64,000 nt of DNA from Rhodospirillales bacterium. GTDB taxonomy: Bacteria > Pseudomonadota > Alphaproteobacteria > Rhodospirillales > Defluviicoccaceae. Below the pieces are notes generated by a model. The model did not search any database. It worked only from the letters and a program-made list of their open reading frames with translations, and was not told where the DNA came from. This document shows positions 21,212-34,732 of the stretch, in pieces. A program made the translations under genes and the position numbers. Each line of letters opens with the position of its first letter. Positions within the stretch are counted from its first letter, which is position 1. The stretch spans positions 385,537 to 449,536 of the forward strand of contig JADJXQ010000002.1 in assembly GCA_016710335.1 (NCBI GenBank), written 5' to 3'.

Positions 21212-21628
21212 CTACATACTGGCGCCGTGAGCGCGCGTCGCGTCCTGGCGGCGCTCTCCAAGCCAGCCGCCGAGCACGCCTGCCGCAAAGGGAATGAGTC
21301 CGCCGACGAGCAGGTTCATGACCGTGAAGTTTCCGGCCAAGAGCAGCGCGATAAGAACCGCAACGGCGGCCGAGATGCCCGGTTCGATGATGGTCCGCCC
21401 GGCCGACTTCCAGCCGACGATGAAGCCGCCGATCACGAACGCCAGAAAGTTGATCGCAGCCGCGAGAAACGCCTGCCCGCCGCTGAGCGTCATCGCTTCG
21501 AGTTCCTCGACAGTGGCGGCGCTGCGCACCTCCGGCATCAACAGGGTCAGCACGATGCCGCCGAGCAGAGAGAGAACCAGCATGATCAGGACGCCGATCC
21601 CGACCCATTTCCAATCCAGGTTGCCCAT
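21212..21628 (-). CDS. Hypothetical small integral membrane protein (about 4 TM helices)
   Basis: MGNLDWKWVGIGVLIMLVLSLLGGIVLTLL...FLAFVIGGFIVGW... Coding-like codon usage. No family assigned. Confidence 0.6.
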   Translation of the reverse strand: MGNLDWKWVGIGVLIMLVLSLLGGIVLTLLMPEVRSAATVEELEAMTLSGGQAFLAAAINFLAFVIGGFIVGWKSAGRTIIEPGISAAVAVLIALLLAGNFTVMNLLVGGLIPFAAGVLGGWLGERRQDATRAHGASM

Positions 21629-21797
21629 TTCAACAATCCTCCCTACCCCTCTCGCCTGAGCAAAGTCGCGAGTAAAGGAACAACAGCCATACGCAGAGCC
21701 TTCGCCGCTGCTGAGGATAAGCCTGCCCGCGGCTGAAGGTTCCGGGCCTAAAGTTCCAGGCTTAAGGTTCCCGGCCCCCTACGGTGTGCGGCGAGTT

Positions 21798-23863
<2,066 letters not shown>

Positions 23864-23963
23864 TGGCCGATTCACGTCCGCTGCAAGGATTTCGCCGATC
23901 CCGACACTACCACTGCGGGGCGCGGGTGCGCTAGATTTCTGCCGCACTACCGGGTTTCGGATC

Positions 23964-24677
23964 ATGTGGACGGACGCTCTCGAACTGAAGGACTTCTACG
24001 CATCCGGTCTCGGCCGGGTGGCCCGGCGGATGATCATCCGCCGGATTCGGGAGCTGTGGCCGGACGGGCACGGCCTCAACATCCTCGGCGTCGGCTACGC
24101 GACGCCGTTCCTCGGGCCGTTCCGCGCCGAGGCCCAGCGCGTGCTCGCGGTGATGCCGGCCGCCCAGGGGGTTCTGCACTGGCCGCGCGATGGGGCGGGC
24201 TTGACCACCCTCGCCGACGAGACCTACCTGCCGATCCCGGACCGCTCGATGGATCGGGTGCTGGTGGTCCACGCCCACGAATGCGCCGAGCCGCCGCGCC
24301 CGATGATGCGGGAACTGTGGCGGGTGATGGCGGACGGCGGCCGCATCATGGTGGTTGTGCCGAATCGGCGTGGCGTTTGGGCGCGCTTCGAGCGGACCCC
24401 GTTCGGCAACGGCCGACCGTATTCGCCGGGACAGTTGTCGCGGAGCCTTCGGGACGGCCTGTTCGAACCGCTCGGATGGTCGACCGCGCTCTACGTCCCG
24501 CCGGTACACTCGAGCATGATTCTGTCGTCGGCAGCGGCGTGGGAAAAGATCGGACAGCGCTGGTTCTCGACCTTTGCCGGCGTCGTCATCGTCGAAGCCG
24601 GCAAACAGATCTACGCCGGCAGCTTCGTCACCGAAGACGCACCGCAAAAGGCGTTCGCGCCGGTTGTTCCCCGCTGA
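23964..24677 (+). CDS. Class I SAM-dependent methyltransferase-like protein (conserved neighbour of gloB)
   Basis: MWTDALELKDFYASGLGRVARRMIIRRIRELWP...ILGVGYATPFL... Divergent from gloB, as in many alphaproteobacteria. Confidence 0.6.
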   Translation: MWTDALELKDFYASGLGRVARRMIIRRIRELWPDGHGLNILGVGYATPFLGPFRAEAQRVLAVMPAAQGVLHWPRDGAGLTTLADETYLPIPDRSMDRVLVVHAHECAEPPRPMMRELWRVMADGGRIMVVVPNRRGVWARFERTPFGNGRPYSPGQLSRSLRDGLFEPLGWSTALYVPPVHSSMILSSAAAWEKIGQRWFSTFAGVVIVEAGKQIYAGSFVTEDAPQKAFAPVVPR

Positions 24678-24871
24678 CCGGCCCACCCGGAGCCGATGCT
24701 GCGTTAAATGCTTGAACTGTGGCGGCATTTTCGTGTATGGCCGCCGAACAAGGTCAAGTGCGGCACATCGTCCGAAGACCGCAGTGGAAACAGACCGAAG
24801 CGCGGGAGACAGCAATGGTTGCGAATGCCAATGCGACAGGCTGGCGGCAGCATCTGCGGCTGGGGGACAGG

Positions 24872-25411
24872 ATGGTGCGGCGTGCGGTCGCCGTCGCGGT
24901 GGTGTGGCTGCTGGCCGCCGGCGGCGCATCGGCAGCCGAACCCGCGGCCGTCGCGGCCAGGCTCGGCGGCATCGACCTGCTCGGCCGCGCGCCGAACTAC
25001 GTCGACTTCGGGCTCGGCGTGTTCGACATCCGCGCGCCGTTCAACGCATCCAAAACATCCGCAGCCGGCAGGATCGAAGCGCGCGGCGGGGACAAGCTGT
25101 GGGGCCTCGGCCCGGCCGTTGGTCTCATGGTCAACGCCGACGGCGGCATCTTCGGCTATGGCGCCATCTATGCCGATCTCGCCTACGGCAACTTCGTGGT
25201 GACGCCGCTGGCGGGCCTCGGCGGCTACAGCCGCGACGACTCAAGCGACCTCGGCGGCGTCTTTCAGTTTCGCCTGTCGCTGGGGCTGAATTACCAGTTT
25301 GCCGACCAGTCCCGCCTCGGCCTCAACATCGCCCACATCTCCAACGCCGGCATCCACGACAACAACCCGGGCGAAGAAGAAGTCTACGTCACCTACGCTA
25401 TCCCGTTTTAG
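24872..25411 (+). CDS. Acyloxyacyl hydrolase / PagL-like lipid A 3-O-deacylase family outer-membrane protein
   Basis: Signal peptide MVRRAVAVAVVWLLAAGGASA, beta-barrel-like alternation, and a C-terminal HISNAG (H-x-S-N catalytic motif), ending in F. Confidence 0.7.
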   Translation: MVRRAVAVAVVWLLAAGGASAAEPAAVAARLGGIDLLGRAPNYVDFGLGVFDIRAPFNASKTSAAGRIEARGGDKLWGLGPAVGLMVNADGGIFGYGAIYADLAYGNFVVTPLAGLGGYSRDDSSDLGGVFQFRLSLGLNYQFADQSRLGLNIAHISNAGIHDNNPGEEEVYVTYAIPF

Positions 25412-26918
25412 TAGCGTACCGCTGCTGCAGGTGGCGCTTGAAGCTGTCGGTGGCGAGGGGACGGCCGGTGGCGGCGGTCATCAGCGCCGACGTCGACATG
25501 AGCGACCCGCGGCCGTGAATCTCGCGGCGTAGCCACGTCGTCAGCGGCGCAAAGTCGCCGACGGCGATGCCGGGCGCAATCGCCGGGTCGGCGGTGCGGG
25601 CGGCTTCGAAGAGCTGCGCGGCGGCCAGCGCGCCGAGGGTGTAGGTGGGGAAGTAGCCCCAGGCACCGTCGTACCAGTGAATGTCCTGCAGGCAGCCGAG
25701 CGCGTCCGACGGCGGCGTCAGGCCGATCAGGCGCTGCATGCCGTCGGCCCAAGCCGCCGGCAGATCGCGCGCCTCCAGATCGCCGGCAATCATGGCGCGC
25801 TCCAACCGGTAGCGCAGAATGACGTGGGCCGGGTAGGTCACCTCGTCGGCGTCGACGCGAATGAAGCCGGGCGCGACGCGAGTGTAGGAGCGGTAGAGGG
25901 CGTCGGCCTCCCACACCGGCCCATTGCCGCCGAACGTCTCGGCGAGCAGCGGCGCCAGATGCGCGATGAAGGCGCGCGAGCGGCAGACCTGCATTTCCAT
26001 CAGGAGCGACTGGCTCTCGTGCAACACCATGCCGCGGGCCTCGCCCACCGGCTGTCTGCGCCACGCCGGCGGCAGGCCGCGCTCGTACAGCGCGTGGCCG
26101 GTCTCGTGCAGAACCCCCATCAGCGCCTTGGCGAAATCGCCCTCGTCGTAGCGGGTGGTGATGCGGATGTCGTCGGGGGTGCCGCCGCAGAATGGATGCA
26201 GGCTGACGTCGAGGCGGCCGTGATCGAAATCGAAGCCGAGCATCCGCATCAGGCGGACCGCAAGCGCCCGCTGGGCATCGACCGGGAACGGCCCCTCGGG
26301 AACGACGACTTCCGGCCGCCGCGCCTGGCGCTCCAGCACCTCCTGCAGAAAGTCGGGGAGGAAGGCCTCGAGATCGGCAAAAATAAGGTCGATCTCGGCG
26401 GCGCGTCCGTCCGGCTCAAAAGCGTCGAGCAGCGCGTCATACGGACCTAATTCCAGCCTCTCAGCCTTGGCCGCAGCGGTCTCGCGCACCAGCGCCAGCA
26501 CGGCCTCCAGCTTCGGCAGCACGGCAGCGAAATCGTCGTCCGCGCGAGCCCCCCGCCACGCCGTCTCGCACACCGACGTGGCCCGCGACAGGCGCTCCAC
26601 CTGATCCTCGGAGAGCGCCGTCGCATGCAGCCATGCCCGCCGCATCTCGCGGAGGTTGGCCGCCTGCCATGGATTCAGCCCGTCGCTGTCGGCGGCGCCC
26701 TGAAGCAGTTCGCCGCATTCGGTACTGATCAGCATGCCGTGGCGGAGGGTGGCGAGCACCGCCAGTTGCTCGGCGCGCGCCGCTGCGCCGCCCTTCGGCA
26801 TCATGGTCGCCATGTCCCAGTGCAGCATCGCCTGGGCGTCGCCGACGGCGTGGATGCGGGCGAAAATCGTCTCCAGCCGCCGGTATGCCGGCGGCGCGGC
26901 CTCGGCGCTGGCGGTCAC
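25398..26918 (-). CDS. Carboxypeptidase M32 (Taq-type metallocarboxypeptidase)
   Basis: ...LHETGHALYERG (HExxH), HESQSLLME, DEVTYPAHVILRY, IHWYDGAWGYFPTYTLGA. GTG start at 26918 overlaps the ctaB stop (GTGA). Confidence 0.9.
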   Translation of the reverse strand: MTASAEAAPPAYRRLETIFARIHAVGDAQAMLHWDMATMMPKGGAAARAEQLAVLATLRHGMLISTECGELLQGAADSDGLNPWQAANLREMRRAWLHATALSEDQVERLSRATSVCETAWRGARADDDFAAVLPKLEAVLALVRETAAAKAERLELGPYDALLDAFEPDGRAAEIDLIFADLEAFLPDFLQEVLERQARRPEVVVPEGPFPVDAQRALAVRLMRMLGFDFDHGRLDVSLHPFCGGTPDDIRITTRYDEGDFAKALMGVLHETGHALYERGLPPAWRRQPVGEARGMVLHESQSLLMEMQVCRSRAFIAHLAPLLAETFGGNGPVWEADALYRSYTRVAPGFIRVDADEVTYPAHVILRYRLERAMIAGDLEARDLPAAWADGMQRLIGLTPPSDALGCLQDIHWYDGAWGYFPTYTLGALAAAQLFEAARTADPAIAPGIAVGDFAPLTTWLRREIHGRGSLMSTSALMTAATGRPLATDSFKRHLQQRYATKTG

Positions 26919-27859
26919 GCGGCGACCATCTGCACCGCACGATCGACCAGCAGTGCGGCGAAGATCAGAAACAGATAGAGAATCGAGAAGAAAAACATGG
27001 CCCGCGCCGTCGCCAGCCCGTCGTCCCGCCACACCCGGATGGCGTGATAGAGAAAGCCGGCGCCCAGCGCCGCGGCTGCAACGCCGTAGACCGCCCCGGA
27101 GAGCCCGATCAGAACCGGCGCGAACGTCGCCGGCAGCAGGATCAGGGTGTAGATCAGCATCTGCCGGCGGGTTTCGCGGTCACCGGCCACCACCGGCAGC
27201 ATCGGCACCTGCGCCCGGTCATAGTCGCCCCGGCGGAACAGCGCCAGCGCCCAGGAGTGGGGCGGCGTCCACAGGAAAATGATGGCGAACAGTGCGACGG
27301 CGCCGAGGCCGAGCTCGCCCGCAGTCACCGCCCAGCCGATCATCGGCGGCAAGGCTCCGGCGGCGCCGCCAATGACGATGTTCTGCGGCGTGCGGCGCTT
27401 CAGCCACATGGTGTAGACGAACACGTAGTAGGCGATGGTGAGCGCCAGCAAAGCGGCGGCGATGGCGTTGACCAGGAGTGCCATGGCCGCCACCGAAGCG
27501 ACGGCGAGCACCGAGCCGAAGATCAGCGCGGCGCCGGGGTTGAGACGACCGGCCGGCAGCGGCCGCTGCATGGTGCGCATCATCTCGGCGTCGATGTCGC
27601 GGTCGTACCACATGTTGATGGCTCCGGAGGCGCCGGCGCCGAGGGCGATGCACGCCAGCGCGATCACGGCGGTCGCGGGCGCGAGGTGGCCCGGCGCCAG
27701 CGCCATGCCGACCAGCGCGGTGAACACCACCAGCGACATCACTCGCGGCTTCAGGAGGACTGCGTAGTCTCTGACGCGAAAGCGCGGCTCCACCCGCTGT
27801 CCGGGGGCGGCCGCCGCATCGCCGGCGGCACGGGCCTCTGCGGTCTGCACGGTCGACAC
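26915..27859 (-). CDS. ctaB: Protoheme IX farnesyltransferase (heme O synthase)
   Basis: ...DYAVLLKPRVMSLVVFTALVG...NMWYDRDIDAEMMRTMQRPLPAGR...WTPPHSWALA... GTG start preceded by the SD ggagaggagga. Confidence 0.92.
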   Translation of the reverse strand: MSTVQTAEARAAGDAAAAPGQRVEPRFRVRDYAVLLKPRVMSLVVFTALVGMALAPGHLAPATAVIALACIALGAGASGAINMWYDRDIDAEMMRTMQRPLPAGRLNPGAALIFGSVLAVASVAAMALLVNAIAAALLALTIAYYVFVYTMWLKRRTPQNIVIGGAAGALPPMIGWAVTAGELGLGAVALFAIIFLWTPPHSWALALFRRGDYDRAQVPMLPVVAGDRETRRQMLIYTLILLPATFAPVLIGLSGAVYGVAAAALGAGFLYHAIRVWRDDGLATARAMFFFSILYLFLIFAALLVDRAVQMVAA

Positions 27860-27888
27860 TGGTCTCCTCCTCTCCTCGCGAGCCGATG

Positions 27889-29316
27889 TCAGGCGCGATA
27901 GCCGGATGGCGCCACGGACGCTTCGGCCGGGCGCCGCAGCAGCGCCGTCGCGGCGATCCACACGAACAACACGCCGCCAATCACGGCAACAAGGCCGCCT
28001 ATGCCGTTCATCCCCATGCCGACCATGGCGCCGATATGGTCCAGTCCCTGCGCTGCGCCGGCGGTCTTGCGCGGTGCGCCCATGCCGCCGGCAAGGAACA
28101 GTCCGATGCAGGCGGTGAGTTGCCCGCCGGCGAACAACCATATCTGAGCGCACACGCTTTTGCCATGTCTCACCGCGCGCCCGAGCGCCGGCAGGAACAG
28201 GGCGTAGAACAGGCCCATGAACGCGAGGGTGACACCGGCGATGACCCCGTGGTAGTGCGCCGGCGTGCGCGTGTCGGCGCCGTCGACGAACAATCCAAGT
28301 CCCCCTCCGACCGCGAACACGACGACGGATGCGGCGAGGCAGATCCACGCCGGGTCGCGCCATGGCAGCGGCCGCCCGTCCCCGCCGACCAAACCGGCGA
28401 CAATGGCGCCGGCAACGAGGACCGGGGGCAGGGCAAGGGCGTATTGAAGGTCCGTGAACGCCTGCGTCTGGGTGGCGGAAAATGGCGCGAATACCAGGTA
28501 GAAGACCGGCGCCGCCAGCGCCGGCAGGACGAGCAGCACCGTCGCCGCGATCAACACCGGCGGGGGCACCAGCGGCCGCCCCATGGCGATCTCTGCCAGC
28601 CAGGTCCAGGCGACGAGCAGCAGGAGCGTGTTGAGGAACTGCAACACGTGGCCGCCGCCCCAGAACAGGTCCTCGTTGAACGTGTGGCCGGCCGGCTCGC
28701 CGCCGAGCACGAGCAGCAACAGGGCGATGCCGAAGCAGGCGAGCGCCAGGAGATAGACGACCGCCGCCCCGGCGATGACGATCGCCGTCACGTCGCGAGG
28801 CGCCCAGCCGGTCCCGACGGCGACGAGGGTGCGGATGGAGACGATGGCAAGCGCCGACGCCAACAGCACCAGGCCGGCGTAATAGACGGGATCGACGATT
28901 GCCGGGACGTAGTTGTTGAGCGTCGCGGCGCCTCGATCCATCAGCGCCGGCACGAACAGCAGCGGCAGCGCCGCCGCCGCGGCGACCACTGCGGTGGCGC
29001 CCATGCGGAATACGTTCCCGGACTCGCCTGGGCGCGGCTCGACGCCCATCAACAGCATGGCGCCGAACACCGCCAGGAACCACACCACGAACGAGAACAC
29101 CACGTGGATGACGAGGCCTTTGTGGAAGAAATCCACCGGCCATGGAAACACCGTCTCGATGCCGGGGATGCGGGAGACGGCGAGCAGCAGCGCGAATACG
29201 CCGGCAATGGCAAGGGATCCGACGGCCAGGGCGCTCCAGCCCCAGAGCTCGCGGGCGGCTGCGCCGGCGATCGGCCGTACTGGGCCAACCGGACTGGAGC
29301 GTTCAAGCGCCGGCAT
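27889..29316 (-). CDS. Polytopic membrane protein, divergent heme-copper oxidase subunit I-like (no helix-VII His-His pair)
   Basis: 475 aa. By-eye alignment to the CoxA in this window: VIHVVFSFVVW~[12 protein letters not shown]; DLFWGGGHVLQF~[12 protein letters not shown]; DTRTPAHYHGVIAG~[14 protein letters not shown]; GGMGAPRK~LAGMPRR. There is no His between residues 224 and 353. Confidence 0.6.
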   Translation of the reverse strand: MPALERSSPVGPVRPIAGAAARELWGWSALAVGSLAIAGVFALLLAVSRIPGIETVFPWPVDFFHKGLVIHVVFSFVVWFLAVFGAMLLMGVEPRPGESGNVFRMGATAVVAAAAALPLLFVPALMDRGAATLNNYVPAIVDPVYYAGLVLLASALAIVSIRTLVAVGTGWAPRDVTAIVIAGAAVVYLLALACFGIALLLLVLGGEPAGHTFNEDLFWGGGHVLQFLNTLLLLVAWTWLAEIAMGRPLVPPPVLIAATVLLVLPALAAPVFYLVFAPFSATQTQAFTDLQYALALPPVLVAGAIVAGLVGGDGRPLPWRDPAWICLAASVVVFAVGGGLGLFVDGADTRTPAHYHGVIAGVTLAFMGLFYALFLPALGRAVRHGKSVCAQIWLFAGGQLTACIGLFLAGGMGAPRKTAGAAQGLDHIGAMVGMGMNGIGGLVAVIGGVLFVWIAATALLRRPAEASVAPSGYRA

Positions 29317-29752
29317 GGGGCCCCTCCGCGTGCGGATAGAGGTGCACGGCCATCACGTAGACGATGACCCCGGAGACGGCGACGAACATCCACAGCGGCC
29401 AGGTCCAGCGAGCGATGCGCCGGTGCCGGTCGAAGACCCCGGTGGCGGCCCGATAGACGGTGATCGGGACGATCGGGACGATCGCCGCGGCGACGACGAT
29501 GTGCACGATCAAGAGGGTAAAGTACACCGGCCGCACCGCGCCTTCGCCGCCGAATCGGGCCAGCCCCGAATTGAAATGATAGGTCAGGTAGGTCACCAGG
29601 AACGCGCCCGAGGCCACGAGCGCGCCCACCATGCAGGCGCGATGGCGAGCCCGGTCGCCGCGCAGGATGAATACCAGGCCGGCGCTCAGAAACACGATGG
29701 TCAGGCCGTTGAGCGCGGCGTTGACATGGGGCAGGTCGACGATTTCCAGCAT
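29303..29752 (-). CDS. DUF420 family membrane protein (CtaM-like)
   Basis: ...HVNAALNGLTIVFLSAGLVFILRGDRARHRACMVGALVASGAFLVTYLTYH...HIVVAA..., 4 TM helices. Overlaps the next gene by 14 nt. Confidence 0.75.
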   Translation of the reverse strand: MLEIVDLPHVNAALNGLTIVFLSAGLVFILRGDRARHRACMVGALVASGAFLVTYLTYHFNSGLARFGGEGAVRPVYFTLLIVHIVVAAAIVPIVPITVYRAATGVFDRHRRIARWTWPLWMFVAVSGVIVYVMAVHLYPHAEGPHAGA

Positions 29753-29778
29753 CGCTGAGCGGTCTTATCCGATCCGGT

Positions 29779-29871
29779 TCAGCCGCCGCTGCCGACGCGG
29801 GCGATTATGCTCACATACATGAACAGGGCCGCCGCTCCCAGGACGACCCCCCACAGCCACTTTCTCTGCAT
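29779..29871 (-). CDS. Candidate 30-aa single-TM micro-protein upstream of the DUF420 gene
   Basis: Own translation: MQRKWLWGVVLGAAALFMYVSIIARVGSGG*. It ends 26 nt before the DUF420 start on the same strand. The SD is weak and the ORF is below the track's size cut-off. Confidence 0.3.
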   Translation of the reverse strand: MQRKWLWGVVLGAAALFMYVSIIARVGSGG

Positions 29872-30198
29872 CCTTGCTGTCCCTTCGAAGCTCGTCGCCC
29901 ACGCTGCCGTTGTCGCCTTGCCCCCGGCGCCCGACGCCAATCGTTCGGCACGAGAAGTACACCTTGCAACTGCGAAAGAAAATCCTTTTCATTCGGTTTC
30001 GCTCATGTTACCTCGATCGAGCCTTCAATCCGCGATAGGGGAAATCCCCCGGAACTCCGCCTATGCGTTCAACGGGCGGCCGAGCCGGGATATTGGCAAA
30101 CCTGCGGGTGTATCGACTATACTGGGCTGCGGATAGAACCGGGCCATGGGACTGGACCACTAGAGACCACAGAACTGAGCACTGAACACGGTGCGTGG

Positions 30199-32772
<2,574 letters not shown>

Positions 32773-32806
32773 GAACACTCGGGGACGGGATGGCGACGAG
32801 GCGACG

Positions 32807-33439
32807 GTGAGCACCGATACATCGAAGAAGCGTGGCGGAAACCGGCGGCGGGGCGTGACCGCAGCGGCACTTACCGCACTCGTCTTCGGCATGGTCGGAC
32901 TGTCATTCGCCTCGGTGCCGCTCTACCGGCTGTTCTGCCAGGTCACCGGCTATGGCGGCACGCCGACCATCGACGCCCCGGCTCATGCCCTTGGACCCTC
33001 TGACGCGGTCATCACCGTCCGCTTCGACGCCAACGTCAACTCGAAGCTGCCCTGGGCATTCCGGCCGGTGCAGCGGGAGGTGCAGGTGCGGCTTGGCGAG
33101 GAGATGCTGGTGCACTACGAGGCGGAGAACCTCTCCGACGATCCGATCACCGGCACCGCCACATTCAGCGTCACGCCCTACAAGGCGGCGAGCTATTTCA
33201 CGAAGATCGATTGCTTCTGTTTCAGCAAGCAAAGCCTCGCGCCGGACGAACGTGTCTCAATGCCGGTGCTGTTCTACGTCGATCCGGAGATCTACGAAGA
33301 TCCGGCCACCCGCGACGTGAAGAAGATGACCCTGTCCTATACCTTCTACCCGGCGGACGGTCCGGCCGTTGACGACGAGACGCAGGGACAGCGCCCGCCT
33401 ACAGTCGCCGAAGCCAAAGGCAAGGCCGCGGACCTGTAA
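32807..33439 (+). CDS. ctaG: Cytochrome c oxidase assembly protein CtaG/Cox11
   Basis: ...ASVPLYRLFCQVTGYGGT...FSVTPYKAASYFTKIDCFCFSKQSLAP... Confidence 0.93.
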   Translation: MSTDTSKKRGGNRRRGVTAAALTALVFGMVGLSFASVPLYRLFCQVTGYGGTPTIDAPAHALGPSDAVITVRFDANVNSKLPWAFRPVQREVQVRLGEEMLVHYEAENLSDDPITGTATFSVTPYKAASYFTKIDCFCFSKQSLAPDERVSMPVLFYVDPEIYEDPATRDVKKMTLSYTFYPADGPAVDDETQGQRPPTVAEAKGKAADL

Positions 33440-33485
33440 CCACAACGGGAACCGTCAACAACGCACCGATAATCAGGGGAAAGAG

Positions 33486-34301
33486 ATGGCGAGCGAGACG
33501 AAGACACATCCCTTCCACATGGTGGACCCGAGCCCGTGGCCGCTGGTGGGGACGGTCGCCGCACTGAGCATGGCGATCGGCGGCATCATTTTCATGCACA
33601 CCGGCATCCCCTGGGTGCTGTTGGCCGGCTTCGCCCTGTTGCTGGCGACGTTCTATTTCTGGTGGCGGGACGTGGTCCGCGAAGCCCACAGGGGTTACCA
33701 CACCAGCGTCGTCCGCCACGGCCTTCGGGTCGGAATGCTGCTGTTCATCGCGTCCGAGGTGATGTTCTTTTTCGCGTTCTTCTGGGCTTACTTCGACGCC
33801 AGCCTGCCGTTGATCAGCCGCACCGCCTCCGAGGTGTGGCCGCCGGAAGGGGTGGTGCCGATGGACCCCTGGGGGCTGCCGTTCCTCAACACCCTGATCC
33901 TGCTGACTTCAGGCGCCACCGTCACCATCGCTCACCATGCTGTGGTGCACGGCGACCGCCAGAAGCTGGTATTCTGGACCGGCGCCACCGTGCTGCTCGG
34001 CTTCCTGTTCCTGGCGCTGCAGGCGATCGAGTACGCCGAGGCGCCGTTCGGCTTCACCGAGGGCATTTACTCATCGACCTTCTTCATGGCCACCGGGTTT
34101 CACGGCTTCCACGTGTTCATCGGCGCCTGTTTCCTCACCGTCTGCTTTTTCCGGGCGCGCCGCGGCGACTTTACGCCGGAGCAGCATGTCGGTTTCGAAG
34201 CGGCGGCGTGGTACTGGCATTTCGTCGACGTGGTCTGGCTGTTCCTGTTCACCTGTGTCTACTGGTGGGGAAGCGCCGGCTACAGCGGACCGATGCATTG
34301 A
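33486..34301 (+). CDS. coxC: Cytochrome c oxidase subunit III
   Basis: MASETKTHPFHMVDPSPWPLVG...WWRDVVREA...GFHGFHVFIG...AAAWYWHFVDVVWLFLF. Confidence 0.95.
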   Translation: MASETKTHPFHMVDPSPWPLVGTVAALSMAIGGIIFMHTGIPWVLLAGFALLLATFYFWWRDVVREAHRGYHTSVVRHGLRVGMLLFIASEVMFFFAFFWAYFDASLPLISRTASEVWPPEGVVPMDPWGLPFLNTLILLTSGATVTIAHHAVVHGDRQKLVFWTGATVLLGFLFLALQAIEYAEAPFGFTEGIYSSTFFMATGFHGFHVFIGACFLTVCFFRARRGDFTPEQHVGFEAAAWYWHFVDVVWLFLFTCVYWWGSAGYSGPMH

Positions 34302-34332
34302 TCCCGGCGACCGGGTCCCTGGCCCGCGGGCG

Positions 34333-34719
34333 ATGATCATGGTGAACGGCGGACGCACCGCGCATCCCTTCGTCGCTGGGTTGCGCGGCCGCTGTCCCCG
34401 CTGTGGCCAGGGGGCCCTGTTCGACGGCTTCCTCAAGGTGACCGATCGCTGCCAGGTGTGCGGCCTTGAGTTCGGTGGTCACGACGCCGGCGACGCCCCG
34501 GCTGTCGCCGGCATCTTCATTCTCGGCTTCGGCATCGTCGGCCTCGTCTGGCTGCTGGAACGGCTGTTGGAGCCGCCGCTGTGGCTGCATGCCGTCATCT
34601 GGCTCCCGGCGACGGTGTTGGGCGCGGTCGCCCTCCTGGGGCCGCTGAAGGGGCTGACCATCGCCACCCAGTACAGCGTCCGCTCCGTCGACGAGCATAC
34701 CCGGCCGGGCGGTTCGTGA
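34333..34719 (+). CDS. DUF983 domain-containing protein
   Basis: ...RCPRCGQGALFDGFLKVTDRCQVCGLEF... zinc ribbon plus 2 TM helices. A common follower of coxC in alphaproteobacteria. Confidence 0.75.
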   Translation: MIMVNGGRTAHPFVAGLRGRCPRCGQGALFDGFLKVTDRCQVCGLEFGGHDAGDAPAVAGIFILGFGIVGLVWLLERLLEPPLWLHAVIWLPATVLGAVALLGPLKGLTIATQYSVRSVDEHTRPGGS

Positions 34720-34732
34720 GGAGCGGCTCGCA

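Noticed and set aside
21700-21790. Three loosely repeated 13-nt units (aaRgttccNggc) between the aminotransferase and the membrane-protein gene
   Set aside because: The repeats are short and degenerate with no obvious symmetry or position relative to a start site, so they could be chance similarity in a GC-rich spacer.
29765-30136. ORFs 29765..29992(-) and 29807..30136(+) in the divergent cox promoter region
   Set aside because: Low-complexity, non-conserved-looking translations in the lowest-GC intergenic region. Only the 30-codon TM micro-ORF (29779-29871) seemed worth listing.
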